Of a DNA stretch of 64,000 nucleotides, positions 58,942 to 64,000 are shown one piece after another (position 1 is the stretch's first letter; every line of letters starts with the position of its first letter). The notes beneath the pieces are model-generated. The model saw only the letters and a program-made list of their open reading frames with translations. It had not been told where the DNA came from and did no database searches. Made by a program: the position numbers and the translations under genes. The stretch comes from Klebsiella pneumoniae (lineage in GTDB: Bacteria; Pseudomonadota; Gammaproteobacteria; Burkholderiales; UBA3065), in contig CAMDGF010000002.1 of assembly GCA_945897555.1 (NCBI GenBank), positions 70,926 to 134,925 of the forward strand, written 5' to 3'.

Positions 58942-59418
58942 ATGCAGAAGACACCGCTTACCGTAAACGGCGCTGAGAAGCTCAAGGCTGAGCTCCATCA
59001 CCTCAAGACGGTCGAACGCCCGAGCGTCATAGACGCCATCGCCGAGGCTCGCAGCCACGGCGACCTCTCTGAGAACGCCGAATACGACGCGGCCAAAGAG
59101 CGGCAGAGTTTCCTCGAGGGGCGTATCGCCGAGATCGAGGCCAAGCTCGGCAATGCGCAGATCATCGATCCGAGCACGCTCGATGCCGATGGCCGCTGTG
59201 TGTTCGGTGCCACAGTGGAACTCGAGGACCTCGAGTCCCGTGCCAGCGTCACCTATCAGATCGTCGGTGACGATGAAGCTGACCTCAAGCTCGGCAAGAT
59301 CAGCATCTCGAGCCCCATCGCCCGCGCTCTGATCGGCAAGGTCGCCGGGGAGACCGCCGAGGTCCAGGCGCCGGGCGGTGTCCGCGAGTACGAGATCCTC
59401 GACGTCCGTTACGTTTGA
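58942..59418 (+). CDS. greA: transcription elongation factor GreA
   Basis: 158 aa with [15 protein letters not shown] and [14 protein letters not shown]. Confidence 0.96.
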   Translation: MQKTPLTVNGAEKLKAELHHLKTVERPSVIDAIAEARSHGDLSENAEYDAAKERQSFLEGRIAEIEAKLGNAQIIDPSTLDADGRCVFGATVELEDLESRASVTYQIVGDDEADLKLGKISISSPIARALIGKVAGETAEVQAPGGVREYEILDVRYV

Positions 59419-59442
59419 GTCGCCGTGCAGGGGCAGGCGAGC

Positions 59443-60765
59443 CTAGAAGTCGGCCTCACCGATGGCGAGCCGTTCCTCCGGGAACATCGCCTTGAACGCG
59501 CTGCCCACTCCCGGCTCGCTCTCGACCTCGAGATGGCCACCGTGGTGGGTCAAGGCGTGCTTGACGATCGCAAGCCCGAGCCCGGTGCCCCCAGTGTCAC
59601 GTGAGCGTCCGCTGTCGACGCGGTAGAAACGCTCGGTGAGCCGCGGCAGATGCTCGGCAGCGATGCCAGGCCCTTCGTCGCGCACCGACAGCACACCGTG
59701 GACCGTGCCGTGGTTGTCCCGCTCCCGGCCCCAGCTCAGCCAGATGCGGCTGCCAGCCGGCGCGTAGCGCAGCGCGTTATTGAGCAGATTGCCGCCGATG
59801 CTGCGCAGTTCGCTGGCCGAACCGCACAGTTGCAAGCCCGCCTCTACCGTCACTTCGATGGTATGGCGTCCGGCGTCGACCACGCGTGCCTCGGCGGCCA
59901 TGCTCTGCAGCAGTGCCGATAGGTCCACTGGCTTCATCGGCGGGGCTTCGGGCGCGCTCTCGAGCTGCGCCAGCGTCAGCAGGTCAGCCACCAGATTCTG
60001 CATGCGCTGCATCTGTTTCTGCAGCAGCGGAAGGACATCGGGCAGGGCCATGGTCGCCTCGTCGCTGGGCAGTTCGGAGAGCGTCTCGACGAACCCGGAG
60101 ACCACTGTGATGGGCGTTCGCAGTTCGTGCGAGACGTTGGCCACGAAGTCCCGTCGCATGCGCTCGACCTGCTCACGGTCGGACACATCGCGGCTGACGA
60201 TCAGTTTCTGGGCGTCGCCGAACTCGACCACGGAGACTTGCAGCGCCAAGCCGCTCTGGTTCGTCGGGTGCATCAGCAGCGGCTCGTCAAAGACGGCGCG
60301 CGCCATGTAAGTGGCGAACAGGGGGTCGCGGACCAGATGGGTCAGCAGGTTGCCACGATCGCCGCGCGGATCAAGCCCGAAGTGGCGGGCCGCCAGGCGG
60401 TTGATCCACAAGATGCGCCGATCGCCGTCGATCGCCACGACACCGTCGGGGATGGCTTGCCCGGCGGCTTCGAAGCGATTCACCTCGGCTTCGAGCCGCG
60501 CCAGTGCGGCAGCATTCTGGCGCTTCTGCCGCGAGAGCAGCAGGTTGAACTCCTGCCACAGGGCATCGCTGGTGGGGGGGCGTTGTGAGGGGTCTTTGAG
60601 CCACCGGTACAGGCGGTCGATGCGCCGGGCTTGCAGTGCCAGCATGGTCACCAACGCCAGCAGGGCACCCGCCAAGGCTCCATCAGGCCCCGCACTGGCC
60701 GAACCAGCCAGTGCAGCACCGCCGGTCCAAAGAACCCCACTCAAGAGGGTGCCGGCCGAGGGCAT
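59443..60765 (-). CDS. phoR: phosphate regulon sensor kinase PhoR
   Basis: TM helices, a PAS-like region, H-box FVANVSHELRTP and the kinase core GTGLGLAIVKH. It lies directly downstream of phoB. Confidence 0.92.
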   Translation of the reverse strand: MPSAGTLLSGVLWTGGAALAGSASAGPDGALAGALLALVTMLALQARRIDRLYRWLKDPSQRPPTSDALWQEFNLLLSRQKRQNAAALARLEAEVNRFEAAGQAIPDGVVAIDGDRRILWINRLAARHFGLDPRGDRGNLLTHLVRDPLFATYMARAVFDEPLLMHPTNQSGLALQVSVVEFGDAQKLIVSRDVSDREQVERMRRDFVANVSHELRTPITVVSGFVETLSELPSDEATMALPDVLPLLQKQMQRMQNLVADLLTLAQLESAPEAPPMKPVDLSALLQSMAAEARVVDAGRHTIEVTVEAGLQLCGSASELRSIGGNLLNNALRYAPAGSRIWLSWGRERDNHGTVHGVLSVRDEGPGIAAEHLPRLTERFYRVDSGRSRDTGGTGLGLAIVKHALTHHGGHLEVESEPGVGSAFKAMFPEERLAIGEADF

Positions 60766-60793
60766 GTTTCAGCAGGTCCCGCGCATGGCGGGG

Positions 60794-61486
60794 TCAGTCG
60801 GGGTTGGCCGAGAAGCGGTAGCCGGTGCCACGTACGGTTTGCACGAGGGCATCGAGATGGCTTGGTTCGAGCGCGGCGCGCAGCCGGCGGATGTGTACAT
60901 CGACAGTACGTTCCTCGACAAAGACATGGTCACCCCAGACCTGATCGAGCAAGTGGCTGCGGGTGTGGACCCGCTCGGGGTGCGTCATCAGGAAATGTAA
61001 CAGGCGGAACTCCGTCGGGCCCAGGCTCAATGGATTGCCATTGCCGCTCACCCGGTGGGTCTGCGGGTCGAGTCGCAAGCCGCCGGCCTCCACGACGTCG
61101 TCGGTCATCTGCGGCGCACGCCGGCGCAGGACCGCCTTGATGCGAGCCAGCAACTCACGCGGCGAGAAAGGCTTGGTCACGTAATCGTCAGCGCCCGCCT
61201 CAAGGCCGAGCACCTTGTCGCCTTCTTCAGCGCGCGCCGTGAGCATGATGATGGGGATGGTCCGTGTCCGCGCATCGGCGCGCAGACGGCGGGCGAGATC
61301 GAGTCCCGTCCCGCCAGGCAGCATCCAGTCCAACAACACCACGTCCGGCAGGGCATGTCGGACCAGCGAAAGTGCCTGCTCGGCGTCGCCGGCGCGCACC
61401 ACAAGGTGCCCGGCGTGCTGCAGGTTGAAAGCGATCAATTCCTGGATCGCCGGTTCATCTTCGACAAGCAGGATGGTTGCGGCCAT
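60794..61486 (-). CDS. phoB: phosphate regulon response regulator PhoB
   Basis: Contains ILLVEDEPAI, VVLLDWMLPG and a winged helix (VWGDHVFVEERTVDVHIRRLR). Confidence 0.93.
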   Translation of the reverse strand: MAATILLVEDEPAIQELIAFNLQHAGHLVVRAGDAEQALSLVRHALPDVVLLDWMLPGGTGLDLARRLRADARTRTIPIIMLTARAEEGDKVLGLEAGADDYVTKPFSPRELLARIKAVLRRRAPQMTDDVVEAGGLRLDPQTHRVSGNGNPLSLGPTEFRLLHFLMTHPERVHTRSHLLDQVWGDHVFVEERTVDVHIRRLRAALEPSHLDALVQTVRGTGYRFSANPD

Positions 61487-61617
61487 GGTGTGGGGCTGGC
61501 TCCGGTCGCCAAGATCTAGCGACGCGACAATATGACTTCAATGTTGCGGAAACATGAAAGTGCGTGCGTGTCGGCAAAACGGTCGTGCATGGCTTCCCTG
61601 CTACCATGCAGTGCATC

Positions 61618-62373
61618 ATGACAAACCCAGACCCACGAACCACGCACTTCGGTTACCAGACGGTGGCCGAGGCCGAGAAGGCCGACCGTGTCCGCGCCGT
61701 ATTCGCCTCCGTCGCTCGGCGCTACGACGTCATGAACGACGTGATGTCGTTCGGCTTGCATCGCGTCTGGAAGCGCATCGCGAGGGAACTCTCCGGTGTG
61801 CGGCGGGGTGATCGCGTGCTCGACGTGGCCGGCGGTTCGGGCGATCTGAGCCGGCTGTTTCGCGAGCGGGTTGGCCCGGAGGGCGAGGTCTTCCTCACCG
61901 ACATCAACAGCGACATGCTGCGTGTCGGGCGCGACCGCATGATCGACGCCGGCATGCCCCTGCCGGCCATCCAGTGCGATGCCGAGCGGTTGCCTTTCCC
62001 CGATCGTTGGTTCGACTGCGTGATCGTTGCCTTCGGCTTGCGCAACATGACCCACAAGGATCGCGCTTTGGCCGAGATGCACCGGGTGCTCAAACCCGGC
62101 GGCCGCCTGCTGGTACTGGAGTTCTCCCGCGTCGCGGCGCCACTGCGGCCCCTTTACGACGCCTACTCGTTCCGCGTGTTGCCGTTGCTGGGGCAACGCA
62201 TCGCTGGCGATGCCGAGAGCTACCGCTACCTCGCCGAATCCATCCGCATGCACCCGGATCAGGAGTCGCTGCGCCGGATGATGCTCGATGCCGGTTTTGG
62301 CCGCGTCGACTACTTCAACTTCACGGCCGGGGTCGTGGCCTTGCACCGTGGCGTGCGGACCGATTTGGCATGA
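61618..62373 (+). CDS. ubiE: ubiquinone/menaquinone C-methyltransferase UbiE
   Basis: Contains [46 protein letters not shown] and [10 protein letters not shown]. It was trimmed from ORF 61564. Confidence 0.95.
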   Translation: MTNPDPRTTHFGYQTVAEAEKADRVRAVFASVARRYDVMNDVMSFGLHRVWKRIARELSGVRRGDRVLDVAGGSGDLSRLFRERVGPEGEVFLTDINSDMLRVGRDRMIDAGMPLPAIQCDAERLPFPDRWFDCVIVAFGLRNMTHKDRALAEMHRVLKPGGRLLVLEFSRVAAPLRPLYDAYSFRVLPLLGQRIAGDAESYRYLAESIRMHPDQESLRRMMLDAGFGRVDYFNFTAGVVALHRGVRTDLA

Positions 62374-62969
62374 CGACCATGAGCGCCCCGCCCCTACTCG
62401 CCCCTGCCGCCGAGCGCCTCGCCGCAGCCTTGCGCCGCTCACCTCTCTACGCGCCGGTGCGGGAGCGGCTGCGCCCTTTCGCGGGCAAGACTCTGCGCAT
62501 CGAGGTGGCTGGGCTCGGCATGGCCTTTGCGGTGGGCGACGACGGCGACCTGCATGTGGCCGATGGCGCCAGCCCCGATCTGCGCATGGATATTCCGCCC
62601 GATCGCCTGTTGCGGCGAGCAATGGGCGATGCCGGTGCCTTCGAAGGCCTTGCCTTCACGGGCGATGCCGCCTTGGCCCAGGCCCTGGCCGCCATCGCCC
62701 GCGATTTCTATTGGGATTGGCCCACGGCACTGGAATCGGTGCTGCCGCCGCCGGTCGCTGCGCCGCTGGGCCTGGTTGCGGCCCGTGTCCAGGCCACCCT
62801 GCGCGAGGTGGGTGAGCGCGCTGGCGAGCTCACCCGTGATTTCATCCACAACGAATCGGGGCTGGTCACGCCCGGCGAGATGAGCGCCTTCCTCGCCGGT
62901 GTGGACGAGTTGCGCGAGGCCGTTGACCGTTTGCAGGCCCGCATCGACCGCCTGCAGTCGCAGCGCTGA
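62370..62969 (+). CDS. ubiJ: ubiquinone biosynthesis accessory factor UbiJ (SCP2-like)
   Basis: It lies between ubiE and ubiB with an ATGA overlap. The body is SCP2-like ([17 protein letters not shown]...[12 protein letters not shown]) and the C-terminus is a coiled coil. Confidence 0.8.
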   Translation: MTTMSAPPLLAPAAERLAAALRRSPLYAPVRERLRPFAGKTLRIEVAGLGMAFAVGDDGDLHVADGASPDLRMDIPPDRLLRRAMGDAGAFEGLAFTGDAALAQALAAIARDFYWDWPTALESVLPPPVAAPLGLVAARVQATLREVGERAGELTRDFIHNESGLVTPGEMSAFLAGVDELREAVDRLQARIDRLQSQR

Positions 62970-64000
62970 TGCGCCTGCTCAGGCTGCTGCGCATCGTCCG
63001 CGTGGTCTGGGCCTACGGGCTCGACGACCTGCTGCTTCCACGCCGCTGGCGCTGGAGCGTCCGACTCGGTCGTCGCATCACACACACCCCGCGTGGCGTG
63101 CGCTTGCAACTCGCGCTCGAAAGCCTCGGCCCTATCTTCGTCAAGTTCGGCCAGGTGCTGTCGACCCGACGCGACCTTATCCCGACCGACGTCGCCGACC
63201 ATCTGGCTTTGCTGCAGGACCGCGTGGCGCCTTTCCCGGGCGAGCAGGCCGTGGCGGTCCTCGAACGGGCCTACCGCAAGCCGCTCGATCAGGTGTTCGC
63301 CAGTTTCGAGGTACAACCGGTGGCCAGCGCCTCGGTGGCGCAGGTGCACTTTGCAGTGCTGCCTGATGGTCGCGAGGTGGCAGTCAAGATCCTGAGGCCG
63401 GGCATCGAGTCGGTCATCGCCAGCGACGTCGCGCTGATGTTCGTCATCGCCGGTCTGGTCGAGCGCATCTACCGCGATGGCAAGCGGCTCAAACCGCGTC
63501 AGATCGTGGCCGAGTTCGAGAAGCACATCGGTCAGGAACTCGACCTCATGTTCGAGGGCGCGAACGCCAGCCAGCTGCGGCGCAACTTCGAGAAGTCGAA
63601 ATTGCTCTACGTCCCCGAGATCCACTGGGACTGGTGCGAACGCAATGTGCTGGTGATGCAACGCATGAGCGGCACACCGATCAGTCAGGTGGCCCGACTG
63701 CGCGAGAAGGGCATCAGCATCCCCAAACTGGCTCGGGAAGGCGTCGAGATCTTCTTCACCCAGGTGTTTCGCGACGGCTTCTTTCACGCCGACATGCACC
63801 CTGGCAACATCATGGTGCACGACGACGGCACCTACATCGCGCTCGACTTCGGCATCGTCGGCACCCTCTCCGAGGCCGACAAGAACTACCTCGCGCGTAA
63901 CTTTCTCGCCTTTTTTCGGCGTGACTACCGCGGGGTCGCGCAGGCGCATGTCGAAGCCGGCTGGGTGCCCGCGAGTACCCGTGTCGATGAGTTCGAATCG
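62969..64000 (+). CDS. ubiB: ubiquinone biosynthesis protein kinase-like UbiB (3' end outside window)
   Basis: This gene is not in the ORF track because no stop codon occurs before the window edge. My own translation from the ATG at 62969 gives [22 protein letters not shown]...[42 protein letters not shown], and later [44 protein letters not shown]. Confidence 0.92.
   Translation, partial: MRLLRLLRIVRVVWAYGLDDLLLPRRWRWSVRLGRRITHTPRGVRLQLALESLGPIFVKFGQVLSTRRDLIPTDVADHLALLQDRVAPFPGEQAVAVLERAYRKPLDQVFASFEVQPVASASVAQVHFAVLPDGREVAVKILRPGIESVIASDVALMFVIAGLVERIYRDGKRLKPRQIVAEFEKHIGQELDLMFEGANASQLRRNFEKSKLLYVPEIHWDWCERNVLVMQRMSGTPISQVARLREKGISIPKLAREGVEIFFTQVFRDGFFHADMHPGNIMVHDDGTYIALDFGIVGTLSEADKNYLARNFLAFFRRDYRGVAQAHVEAGWVPASTRVDEFES

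Noticed and set aside
61487-61560. Pho box upstream of phoB
   Set aside because: Reading the minus strand gives TTTCATGTTTC-CGCAACATTGA-AGTCATATTGT, with TCAT-like elements at an 11/22-bp phase. The match to CTGTCATA(A/T)A(T/A)CTGTCA(C/T) is too weak to annotate without a genome-trained matrix.

Overview
This is a 64-kb, high-GC proteobacterial chromosome segment. GC is roughly two-thirds by eye and 73% in hand-counted core lines. The gene order looks betaproteobacterial (Rhodocyclales/Burkholderiales-like): rsmB-DUF4390-ntrY/ntrX-like, tkt-gap-pgk-pyk-fba, tsaD/rpsU-dnaG-rpoD and ubiE-ubiJ-ubiB. I can support 61 protein-coding genes, 2 tRNAs and a handful of promoter-like and hairpin elements.

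Most of the window is ordinary core genome: cytochrome bd oxidase, the macromolecular-synthesis operon, def-fmt, central carbon metabolism, dnaE, argS, carAB, phoBR and ubiquinone biosynthesis.

I saw no transposases, integrases, prophage genes, CRISPR arrays or recognisable defence systems. I do not see a convincingly novel multi-gene system.

The parts worth a second look are:
1. A compositionally distinct 10-gene chemosensory operon (2818-11339) lies between two tRNA genes. It carries a STAS protein with no phosphorylatable serine and a 137-aa protein with a CheZ-like QDxxxQ motif.
2. An FlhG/FleN homologue keeps the FlhF-activating N-terminal DQAxxLR motif but has lost its Walker A P-loop.
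3. An NtrX-like response regulator has a degenerate AAA+ domain.
4. A tightly coupled 4-gene operon of archaeal-type C1-cofactor (methanopterin/methanofuran-type) biosynthesis genes is separated from any C1-oxidation genes.
5. fur is fused by a 10-nt junction to a five-gene flhBAFG-fliA string.
6. Two genes appear to be leaderless.

All functional calls come from reading the supplied translations and the DNA. No searches were run.
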